From Lama glama (Eukaryota): 64,000 bases of DNA. Shown piece after piece: positions 38,701 to 52,016 of the stretch (positions within the stretch are counted from its first letter, which is position 1; every line of letters begins with the position of its first letter). A program made the position numbers and the translations under genes. The stretch is taken from NCBI GenBank assembly GCA_028534125.1, contig CM052816.1:61010001-61074000 (forward strand), read 5' to 3'. A model generated the notes under the pieces. That model saw only the letters and a list, made by a program, of their open reading frames with translations. It did no database searches and was not told where the DNA came from.

Positions 38701-41700
38701 CTTCAGGAATAAAGATGGCTACTGTAAGGAGAGAACAAAGACTGTATGGCTAAAGTCAACACACAGCGAACTGTGGCAAATAATCCCAGTATAATAATTA
38801 ACTTCAGATAAAATCAAATCATCTTCTTAAAGGAAAATTCTACCCAGAAAACAAACATTTATATGAAAAGAAAAACGTGTATTGTATTTTCTATCACATA
38901 AAATGAAACTGAATTTCATCTAACAGGTATCTTCTATAAACCAACTGATGAGTTACATTGTTACAAACCTGTTGTCACTCAAGTTAATGACTTTTAATTT
39001 TTGCATATCACCCATTTCCTCTGGAAGTGTCTCAAGTTTATTGGAATGGAGAAACAGCACAGTTATATTTTTCCAGCTTCCAATCTGAAAGAAAAACATA
39101 AAATTGGGAACTGAAACTTTGGCCTACTGCCTAACAGACAGTAAGTATCATTTTCAAAAGTTATAAAAAAAAAACTCTCCTCATTTATAAACAGAATTAT
39201 ATTTTCCCTTTTCAATTATTAACTTTCATGTATGAAGAAAAGTATTTAAGTATCTCTTGCAAATAAACATAGTTAATTATTCAAAAGTTAAATAACTTAG
39301 TTACATAATTATTTCTGAAAGAAAATGAAGAAAACTACACTGGATAGCTATCATAAATAATTGGAAAAAATAAAAATTCAAAACAAATTTAAAAAACTGT
39401 ACCTCTGGGGGTAACTGTTGTAAGTAATTATGATCTGCAGCAAAGGTTCTTATATTAGTAAGCTGCCCAATAGATGAAGGCAAAGCTTCAACTTCATTGA
39501 AGCTACAATCCAGTTCTTCTATTGATATTAACCTTTAATTAAAAAGAAAACACAGTTAAAAAAAGATTTCCTGTATATACTGAAAAACTTAAGAACATAC
39601 AAACATTTGAATCTGACTTTTAACAAACCTAGAAAAAAATCTATTTCCACTAAGCTAAGTTTCACCAATAAAAATTGGCCTACTTTTACTATAAATAAAC
39701 CCAACCTGCAACCAATTGCTTATTTAAATGTTTTTGGAATTTCCTTCACATGCTATTTATGCAATTATCTGAAAAACAAAAAACAAAAAACAAAACATGG
39801 CATGATGAACTAAAAGCAAAATCTTTTAGTTCTATTAATTCACAAAAATCTTACCCTCCTATAGAATCTGGTAGATACATTAACTGATTTTCATCTATTT
39901 TAAGAGTTGTTACATTCTTCAGTGAACCTATTGAGGAAAGAAATAATATACAATTTTCCATCTTGAACTAGAAGCAAGTCAATGAACAGTCAATTTGAAC
40001 ACATATTACATTTGACATGAATCATAAAAAACATTTAAAAAAAAAAAATCAACCTATCTAGGAGATACCACCCCAACCCATCAACTCTCCATTCCCTTAC
40101 CCTGTATCATCAATTTTCACCCTTAACATATCACGTCTTAACATTAGTGTATATTTATCTATTTAACCCTCACTAAAATGTAAGCCTCAAAGAGTATGGA
40201 CTTTTTGTCTCCTTTGTTCACAGCTGTAGCCCCGCTCCTTAAAACAATGCCATGACAGCACAGTGAAGACAAACAATACAAACTTGTGGTGTTACTGGAT
40301 TAAAGAAGTAGCAGCATGAAGGTAGCTTTCACAAGTGTAAAACCAACTATTCTAAATATTGTATGTATACTAAATACTTAAAGAATAAAATGGAGTTTAG
40401 CATAAAGTTAAAAGTGTTGAATAAATTACGGTAGAATTTGCAAAATGTAACCTGAGATAAAACAGTTGTGTAAGTCAACTGAAAAATATGTAAAAATATT
40501 TTTGATTCTTATATTCAAAAATCATGCAGATGGCAAAGAATTTAAGTTTTTGGTTCTTTAATAAAATAATTAAATTCCCCTGATGCATCACCAGACAAGC
40601 AGCTACACAAATATAGCTGGCCTTTGAACAACACAGGTATGAACTGCATGGGTCCATTTACACGTGGATTTTTTCAACAGTAAATACTACAGTACTGCAT
40701 GACCCACAGTTGGTTGAATCCAAAGATACAGAACCACGGATAGGGAGGAACTGAATGTAAATACCAAAGTCCAACTATAAGTGACATGAGATTACCAGCT
40801 GTGCAGAGGGTTGTCCCCCTAACTCTCTCATTGTTCAAGGGTCAACTGTACAGACTTACATAGGATTTGTTGAATTGATCTGTCTTCTTGTCTATTAGTC
40901 TAAGATGAAATCAAGACTGAAAAAGTTACTAGGTAAGGGCTATGTTCAATAGTTAAATCAATTCTGGATAAATTAACCCTTCTGAAGAATTTAAATTTTA
41001 CTACAGGGATAAAAATAAAATTTTCTTAAAGAAAAACAGTAATATCAACAAGAGTGACCTATATAACTGATTACATCAGGAAACTCAAATAGGATCTGTT
41101 ACTGCAGAGTACAGTAAAACTACCTCATAATAAATAAAATGATATATGGAGGTTCTGAACCAAGCAACGGCAAAAAGTTTCTTAGATTTTACATTAGTAA
41201 AAATTAATCACATGAATTAGAAACCAGTACAAACCAATAGTCTCAGGCAGTTGCTGAAGTGAATTGCTTGATAATAGGAGGTCTTGAAGGTTTTCACATG
41301 CTGAAATTCCTTCTTCAATCATTTCAATATTGTTTTTAGAAACATCCAAATAAGTAAGCTGTTTCAAGCCACCGATAAACTGTAAGTAAAAAAAAAAAGG
41401 AAATCTAATGACTTCAGCCATAAGCTGTCAAAAGTTTAGATAATAAACCTAACACCAATTTACAATTGTATATATGTGAGAGCATTCATAAATTTTTTAA
41501 AAATCCCATTGGGACTGTATTCAGTAATAAAGCCAAGAGCTCCTACTAACTTAAGCCCAGCAGAGTGATGACATATATTTTTCTTTGGAACTTTGCTGAC
41601 CATCATTGGTCACAGAGATAGCACATACGGAGATTCATATGACTTAAGGTCTGAGAGTGAACAAAATGTCAGCTGCTAAAAAAGCTACATGGAAAACAGC

Positions 41701-44700
41701 CTACTTTAACAACGAATTTGGATATAAATCAACTGCAACTGCTGCGAAGGACAAAATTCACAGCACGAAGAAGAGACCATAGCTGACCCATGAACAACAT
41801 AGGTTTGAACTCCACATGGATTATTTTCCAATAGTAATTGTTACACTACTATGGTTGGTTGAATCTGTGGATGCAGAACCTCAGATCCAGAGGAACTGTG
41901 GATAGGGAGGGCCAACTGTAAGTTATACACAGATTTTCACTGTGCAGATGGTGGGTGTCCCTAACCCGTGAGTTGTTCAAGGGTCAATTGCATTTTACCA
42001 AAATTTATGGAAATTTTCTGATTTTAATCAAGAATATGTTGACAGTTAAAAAAATGTAATTTGCTTCTATCTGTCAAATAGTATTAAGAATTAAATAACC
42101 CTTTTTAAACTAATTAAAACATATGAAAATGTACAATTCACAAAAATGCAAAGGATAGACAGTAATAATGGAAGTTATTTAAAATGTGAGAATACATACC
42201 CCTGGAATAAAAGTCAGTCTATTACCATCCATCCAAAATTCCTTCAATCCACTTAGCTGCTCAAGTACTTCAGGCTGTTTAGATAAAGGGGGGGGGGTGG
42301 GAACCATTAATTTACTTACTTACATTTAATTACTAAGAAACTCAAAGATAGACATTCCATAACAGTAGATTGCATAAAACTCATTTAAGCTTTTGATGAC
42401 ATAACAGGGTCAAGTATTTATACAATTAATAAAGAAAATAAGACCCAGTACTTTCAAGAGTACAATAAAAAGTTACTCTCAATCATTATTTGTAGAAAGA
42501 TGCAGACTTTTAGAAAACCTTAAAAGAACATACACACACATACAAAGATAGTCCTTGGTGACTGAGAGAGAGGAAAAAAAGAAATAAGGCAATATACATT
42601 TTAAATGTCCAATATCAAGGGAAAGATAAGTAAACCAGGGCATAATCATACAATCAGCATATTGTCCTATGTTACGCTTCTAGTAATTACATGGTGGAAT
42701 ATTGCTTATAATCTGATGTTGAGGACCAAAAAATTAAAGAGTTGTAGTGGACCTTGGTATTCAAGCAAAATCTGATCCTGGGCATTCATTCTTGGAGGCT
42801 CCCCTGAATGTGTCCTTCGAAGATATTTCTGTCACCCCACAAATTTGTGTCCAAACACTGACACTGTGATGGCATGGAGTGCTATCAGCTCTAATGACCA
42901 TAATAACATGAATAATACAGAAAAAGGTCATTCAGACTTACTGTTAACATATAAATATAGGTAAGAATTCTAGGTGTAACTTGGATTTAAAATAATTCTC
43001 TTTTGTGCTTTACCTGTTACAATTCTAATAATAATTTTTTTAAATGTGTAATGTTAGATCTTGATATAAAAATAATAATTCTGATTCATAAAATTAATAA
43101 TTTAGAATTTTCCAACAGTTAATACAGAAACAGATTAATACATACAAAACAAATACTGAGAAAGAATATGACAGCTGGATAAATTTACAAAGCATAGAAT
43201 ATGCATTTTTTTTCACAAGGAGTAAAAATTTGTACAACACATAGTAAAATGCATCACACAAAATCTTCAATTAAAATAAAGAATATGAAAGAGAATATTT
43301 TAGAAAAACCACGAGATACCCAAAACCACTTCTTCTCCAGTGACGTCAGCTGAAAACCTGTCTACTTTGTGAGCAAATATACAATTCAATACCCACAGGG
43401 TAACCATGCAGCTGACAGTGATGAGAAATTCTGTTCTTAAGACTATCATTTGAAATTTACCACAATTTAAAAAAACAAATTTGAAAATATAATGTAAACA
43501 TTCTAATGATGATGATGTTCAGGTTAATGAATTCCTCTTCAAAAAACAATCTGGCTTATTTTCTGAGTTCTCTTGGAGAAACAACTGAAGACCAAAAAAA
43601 CTGCTTACGTACCACTACTTCCCTTTTTGATTCAGCATCAAGGTTCACTTTGCATACAAAGTAAAAACACCACACAGAGGTCTCATTATCAACTCACAAA
43701 GTAACAGCTGTTTCACTCAGTGTTTTCCCTGCTTTTAAGTAAAATTATAAAGAAGTGTTTTATCACTGAATAAATCCCTAAACAATACTCCTGGAGTCAT
43801 TTTTGACTCAAAAGTATATTTCCTGATGCATTTTAGTTCGATGGAACTTTTCCCCTTATTTTTACTTCTTGTGCTTAAAAACTTTTATTACCTTTACCAT
43901 GGGTTTCTCATTAATCTTACATTTTTACCCTCATTCCTGTTACACGTTTTTATCCGTTTTATTTTCTCTATTAAGAACCTTCATACCTTGTCTCTCCAAA
44001 ATATGTGTAGATCTTTACTCAATTTTATACTTTAACAATGCAGAGAAATAAATACATTAGTTTTCACATTTTGTTCTTGGTCAAATATAAGACTTAAAGA
44101 TGCTGAGGTTGGTGAGAACTTACCACTTCTGTGAATTCATTACTTCCCAAATCCAGTCTTTCCAGCTGGGTCAGTCTATTCATGGTTCTATGTACAATGG
44201 ATGAATAAAGAATTAAGTATATATATAAAAACATCAATTACATGGAAGTTTTTAAAATTAATACCATAAAATATTCTAATGTATTATCTGATGATGCAAA
44301 GGCTTTCAAATGGTAACAAAGTAAAAATAATTTTCTAAGAAAAAAGTCATATTTAAGTTCTAAATAAAATAAAGTAAGTTCTTTAATTTTGGCTTCTCAT
44401 CAGGTTATTTCTATTCTTAAGTAACTGCAGTAATTTAAACCCACAGGCCAGAATATGAGTAACAGCTTTTCATTTTTTCCACAGAACAAATTTTCAGATA
44501 TAATAAATCAACTAATGATTAGACTGTTTGGCAGCTTCATATTAATTACTACCATTTTTCAAGACTGGTCATATATTTGTAAAACTTCAAGGTAACACTG
44601 AAAATTAAAATTCAGAATTTTAGTAGACATTACATTGTTCGCTACGTTTTCAAAATAAATTCAATACAATACATAATAAAGTTTTATACAAATGACAAAC

Positions 44701-47700
44701 ATAATTAGTAGATGGTATTTATTTTAAATTTAAGCTACAATACATCATTTTTAAATTTCCAACTCAATACCAACATTTCTCTGCAACTACAGAAACTTAA
44801 AAATGTACAAATTGATTTCAAATGAAATAAACCAAGTTGTACCTTTATCTCTCATCAATAAAGGCATTTTTTAAACTAAAAAAACTGCTCATTAATTCAA
44901 GCACATATTTATACTTCTGAAATTTTTTATAAAAACCTATTATTTAATAGATTAAAGTACTACCAGTTTCCCAGATAAGGAATTACATTAATTTTATTTT
45001 TAGGATATGACAGAATGATAGCAAAATACAAGCATATTATCAATATATTGTTAATAATTAGGAAATAAATATCATTAAAAACCAACGGGTTCCTTAAATT
45101 ATGACACAAGAATACAGACTTCATATCTTCTCTTGAAATTTAACAATTTAAAAATAATAAGTAAAACTCACTTAAAACATTTTTCTGCCTTTTCAGAGAA
45201 AAAAGTTAAGAATGTATATCATAACTGTAATGTCATTATGTTACTGATCTAACAGAGGAAGCTAATTTTCCCCACTCCTTCCATTCTATCAACACTCCTT
45301 TAATTTAACTGATCCCACAACACCAATTTTTTTCAAAGCTTCTTTATTTAACTTAGGTTTACTGAGTGGCTATTCTCGGGTTCTATGAGGTACTATAATT
45401 CTTCTTCCATTATTCGTATCTGTCTTTGTCCAGAAAACCTGTAAGTCAGTTCCAGTTTGCTTCATAACAAAGCAAAGATTTTTCTAGTACCTTTCCCAAG
45501 AAAAGATTATAGACACTATGATATTAAACTCCTATGTCCATAATACTATACCAGATGGACATTTGAGAAAGATAAAAAGGGTTGTGAGGAGGGGTAAGAT
45601 TGAAAGAAGAAAACATAATCTTGTTTTTCTTAATTCAATATTCTTATAACGGTAACAGAAAAATTCACACGCAGCAATTAAGCATTGCATCAACAAAGGT
45701 AAGTTATTTTAAAAAGGGTTCAAAAAGAAAAGCAGTGTAATGGAAAATTCAATACAAACAACATCCTTAGAAAGTTAAGTTTTAAAACTGATTTCAGAAA
45801 ATGTGAATGACACAGATATGTAACAAAAAAGAAATATACTGCAAAACCCTAAAGCATCTCCATCTCAACTTGCTGCAGCTAACATTGGCAACTTTGGTCC
45901 TACTCATACACCATAAAAATCTACCTAAGACACAAAATTTCATCTTTTTTATTTTCATTTCACTTTCACGCCTTTTCATTTAAGATCCAGCTCCCTACTT
46001 CAAGGAGAAAGTAAAAACAATATCCCTCACATTTTCTCCTGTTTACCTCTAAAATTCCTCTGTACTTAACTCATTTTTACCTTTTCTTCTCCTGTTTCAG
46101 AGGAAAAATATGTATTCTTGGTGTTCTTAGTATTTTCCCCTTCAGGATTAAGACAGTATTGAATTTTATTTAACTACATATTTAAAACAGCTTTCCCACT
46201 GTTCTAATCTCTGATCATAAAAAGGTCCACTCACATAAACTGAATGCATATGACTTTCCTAACATTTAAAACTATGGCTTCTTTCTCGTTTGTGAGCCCT
46301 CAAATATTTTAATCATAAGTCTTAAAATGAAACCAGGAAAGGACTTATGTGTAAATATACTGACAGAGCCCAATCTGTAGTTAAAATGTAAGAAGCTAAG
46401 ACAACTGAATTACCTATAATATCAGAGACATCACATTAATTGTAGGCTTATCTATTTCAGTAAACAATTTACATTTTAGTTATTCAAATCCCTTAGCAGC
46501 CAAATTCTGAGCTAAGAATCAAACCTTAAAAATCTTAACCTTTTTTGAATTTTAATACAGATAATTCCCATTTTAATTTATACTCACAACCATCACTATA
46601 AATTCCAATCATCCCAGTCTTTGGGGAATCAAAACTAGATATGCTCTTTGCCCTCAGACTTACATTCACGGTGGAGAGAGAAGGAAGGATCAAGTACATG
46701 TGCATATGTTAATACATTATGGGTCAGGTAGGAAGAAAGCAAAGTGTATTTTAAAAATTAGACTAATGTGGTTAATGTCATAATGGATATAAGTAAGATG
46801 CCACAGTAGTTTAATAAACAGAACAACCAACTACTGGAGAACTGGAGATGCTTCAATAAAGAGATGCAACAAACTCTTGACAAATAAATTATAACAGGAA
46901 TCTGAAAAGTTTTTTATACAGGTAGTAAATATTTTAGACTCTTCCCAAAGTCTCTGCACAACTCCTTGACTCTTACCACTGGAGAGCAAAAGCAGCCACA
47001 GGCAATATGTAAAAGAATGAATGTGATTCTAATGAAAATTTATTTACAAAAAACAGGTGGTGGGCCATATTTTACCAGTCTGTAATTTGCCACTGCCTAG
47101 TCTGTAAAACTGTAGCAATTAATTCAGGGTGTTTTAAGACGTTTCTTCAATAAATGGACAGAGTGCAGTCAGTGCATTTAGAGTTTGTAGATCTGCTCTA
47201 TCTTACTTGCTCTTGGACTGTCAGCTCTTCTTGACATTAGCTTACCAGTAGGGGGCCCTCCACCCCACTTCTAATTTACAACAGACTACAAAACCAGGCA
47301 AGTTCTTAGAATTACGGTCATTAGACTTCACACGAAGACTTCAGGAATCTCTATGTAAGAGCTCTAGACCTTTATTTGAGACTCAGGTGAGCTTTATCTA
47401 CTTATTGTTTTGACTTTTGTCACACAAGACTGAGTTCCAGAGAGCTATGAAATCTCTATTAAATACCAACAAATCTATAGATTTTTGTACTGAACACCAG
47501 TAACTAAAATATATGACCATGAATGTCAGTTTTTTAGAATAATTTGCACTCATATTTTAGATATTAAAATGCTACTATTCCTCTAAGGATTTAAGAATTT
47601 AAAATTCTGTATGTAAAGTAAGCACAATTTGTCCTTTATGATTCGATTATCACATTCTGTTGATTCTTATTTTGTGGTTGGCTACATTCCTTTGATAACT

Positions 47701-50700
47701 ATGTTAAGTTTAAAAAGCTAAAGCTCTAATCTGTTCTAAGAAACAATGATCAGTACACATACATAAACTAAAAAAATGTGCAATATTATTATATATATGT
47801 ATTTACATGCAATATAATGTATAAGTGCAAACTGTAATAATTGAACATAATAAAACTGAAAAAGAAAAAAATTTTTCAAGAAAAAGAATTTAAAATTCTT
47901 ACCTAAATTTCAGAAGGAAAGCACTATTACTTACTTTGGCAACATTTTCAACTGGTTTTCTCTAAGTTCTAGTATCTGGAGTTTAGTTAATCTGCAAAAC
48001 AAAGAAAATAAATCATCTATGACAAAGATGAAGAATTTAATTAACAAATTAATACCATACTCTAAAATTTTAAAGCAACCAATATTTATTGTGTAATTAC
48101 AATGTGCAGAATACTATATTAAAAATTACACAGGAATACAAAGAAACATAAAGGAAGACTCCTCAGAATTGCCTGGAGGGGCAGGGGATGGGGGGAAGAG
48201 GTAAACACTTCTAGACATATTCAAAGCACAATCCTAGTGCATTTCATGCCTTTTTGTGAAAATGCCTCCCCAAATTATGAGTCATTAGTACACTAGAGAA
48301 CAATATTTCAACTCAAGAGTTCAGCTCTGAGAGAGAAAAATAAAAGGGCATGGAAAAGGAGAAATCCTCTGGCATTCCAGTGATACACATTCCAATAAAA
48401 CTACAGGATAATTATGAGCAGATTAAGTGATCCAGAGGTGCTAACTAATGCTACAATGGCAATCACATTACAATATATAAATGTATGAAAGTCAACATTT
48501 TGGATACTTTAAACTTATACAATGATATGTGTCAAGTATATTTCAATCAAAAAAAAAGTGGTCTAAATGCCAGATACAGAAGAGAAATCTGAAAAGTACA
48601 TGAAATATATACACGTGTATACACATACATATAACATGTGTGCATGTACACACACATATATGTATATAAATATACAAAGCATGATAATGTGACTCCCGTA
48701 GGACTGTCACTGGGCTGCTACAATGCCCAGAATTCTTTTTTCTTCATTGAAATATAATTGACTACAACATTATATTAGTTACAGGTGTACAACATAATCA
48801 TTCAATATTTGTATATGCGGTTGAATCTTGAACAACATGGGTTTGAATTGTGCATTTCCACTTTTACATGAATTTTTTTCAGTACTAAATATTACAGTAC
48901 TATACGATCCATAATTGACTGAATCCACAGATTGGGAACCTCAGATACTGAAAACTGTGGGTACAGGGGACTGATTATAAGTTACGTGTGGAATTCCAAT
49001 GGTGCAGAGGATCAGCATCCCAACCCCTTCATTGTTCCAGGGTCAACTGTGTTGTGAAATGATCACCACAATAAGTCTACTTAACATCTGTCACCATGTA
49101 TAGTAACCAAAATATTTTTTTCCTTGAGATAAGAACTTTTAAGATCTACTCTCAGAAATTTTCAACTACAGTCACCATGTTGTACATTACATCCCCACAA
49201 TTTACTTATTTTTTTAAGTGGAAGTCTGTACCTTTGACCACATTTTTGTCCCTCATCCCCCTGCCCCCACCACCTCTGGCAACCACCAATCTGTTCTCTG
49301 TATCTGTGAGCTTGGGGTTTTTTCATGCTTTTTCAGACTTCACATATAAGTGACATCATGTGGTATTTGTCTTTAAGACAAAAAGATGACTATAATATTA
49401 GTATATTCTTGGAAAGCACTTTCTCTAGTAATTAATTTAAATACAAAAATAATTTGATACCTATTGTTCATTTATTCAATCATCTTTTCATTATAAAGGT
49501 TACTCAGTGACTATATATTTTTTATTTCTTTGTTTGTTTGTTTGTTTGTTTGTTTTCTTAGTAGAGGCACTAGGGATTGAACCCAGGACCTTGTGCATGC
49601 TAAGCGTGCACTCTACCACTGACTTATACCCTCCTCCTTACTCAGTGACTGTAATATAACAAAAACAGTTCTCAGTAAGGTATTGGGGGTGTGTACGGGT
49701 TGGGGAGCAATGGGGTGAACCCCAGAAACACATTTTTCTTTCCTCCAGAACTTTAAGTAAAGGCAGATAAACCAGTAATTAGATCATTTTCAAAAGTGAT
49801 AAAGTCTAAGAATAAAGCATTCTATCTCAAATATACAGAAAGCATCCCCATTTAAACTATTTTTATGTACTTTAAAAACCAATTCAAATTTTAAAACACT
49901 TTTTTCTTTTAAATTTTCACTGTTTACTGCTTACTTGGGAAAATAAATTCGAAGTCAAAACAAGTTCTGAAAGAACTATAAAAACCACAATGCTTTGAAA
50001 TAATTACAGAACAAGAGCCTATGAAACTGTAATTAATAATGTTACTAAAGGAATTTATAGTTTTGTAAATTTTACAGGAACTAAAAAGAAAAGGTTTTAG
50101 AAGAAACTATAATTTACCTGCCAAAATTAGCTGGCAAGAACTCAAGGAAAGCATCATTCAGGTACAACTGGGTTAGGTTCAACAGCTGAGAAAACCCGTC
50201 AGGAAGCCTACATAAAACATACCAGAATTTAAATTAAATTCATATGCAGAATTTTAGTTTCTTATTAAAAATCTGCCTAAGAAACTGTCTAAGCAACACA
50301 TGTTCTTAACAAGTAATAGTCATCTCTTTACTTTTATGAGTGATCTTCAAATTTAGATTTGCCTTTTGTACTAACTTACCTGTTTAAAAGTTTACACCTT
50401 CACCTTTTTGTAAAAACAATACTTGTCTCAATAAAATCTACACAAGAGAGTCAACTATGAATGAGCCACAACACACAGAAATGTATCTCAGACATAACTA
50501 TAACGTCAACAGGAACACTTAAAATTCTCCTGATCTAACATCAATCCAAAGGACTAGATAAGGAATTCTAAACTTGTACAGTATTGACTTTTGGGGCTGG
50601 ATAACTCTTTGCTGCTAGGAGGCTGTCTTCTGTATTGTAGGATGTTTATCAGAAACCCTAGCCTCCAGATCACTAGAAGCCAACAGTACTGCCCACCACC

Positions 50701-51976
50701 ACAGGTTGTGGAAACCAAAAACATCTCCAGAATTTATCAAATAATCGTTAAAGGCAATATGGGGTCCCCACTAATTTAGATCATTTTCAATTTTAATATT
50801 CAGCCTCTGAATATTGTACAATTTTATAATAAGCAAATGAGAAGAAATAATATTAAAAGCTGAATAACATTTTAAGGTCATATATGAATCTACAAATAGC
50901 TTTAATTTCCTCTGGCTTACAAAACAAATTACAGATCTAGAACTTGATGCTAGACCAGTATTTTCAGATGAAGGTAAAACATTATCTTTCCATGTTTGTC
51001 TTGGATTTTAACAAGTATAAAAATGTCTTGAAGTAAGACAGATAAGCCTTTGACTCCTATTCTTTCTCCCCTCCATATTCCCTCACAAGCGAAATGGCTG
51101 TATGCTTGGAAAAACTCATTAAATATAGCATTATAGNNNNNNNNNNNNNNNNNNNNNNNNNNNNNNNNNNNNNNNNNNNNNNNNNNNNNNNNNNNNNNNN
51201 NNNNNNNNNNNNNNNNNNNNNNNNNNNNNNNNNNNNTAGGAGACCTGGATTCTAGTCTCATTTCTGACATTAACCATCTGTGAGACCTGAAGAAAAACAC
51301 TTTCATTATCTGTTTGGATGTCAAATTTATCTTTGTAAAACATAGGGTTAGAAAGATTAATTAAAAAGCTCCATTTTAACAAAGCTAAACTTTTGTTAGA
51401 CCTTATGGGAATTGAAATAATCCAGGCTATGCTGTTTAAGGCCTGAGGGGGAATGTGTTTCTATGCTTTCATTTAAACACCTTGAAACAGATAAAAATAT
51501 TTCAAGCATTAAAAAAAAACCAAACCACTAAAATTTTGTACAGATTTAAGACTGATACTAATTGTTCATTAAAATGTAGAAAGTAATATTCTACTATTTC
51601 ATAGTTGCTTTATTCACGAAAGTAGCTTACGATTCAACAGAGAAGAACTTACTTGGAAATAGGATTTACACTGGCCTCCACAATTGTCAAAACTTTACAA
51701 TTTTTTATATTTTCTGGGAACTCCTGTATTCCTAGAAAATGAACAAATAGTGATCAAATGACAAAGGACACAATCATAACAATACTAATAATTAACATAC
51801 ACCTTTAGATTTGAAATTTACTAACTAAATAGAATCCTGATAAACTGACAACACCAACATCAACCAAACAGAACCACCTCCACAATAAATTTCTCTTTTC
51901 TCTTTTGGCACTTTATGATTACCAATTATCTTTTTTCTTTATTAATTTTTTTGGGGGAATTTATTTCTCTCTATTT

Positions 51977-52016
<40 letters not shown>

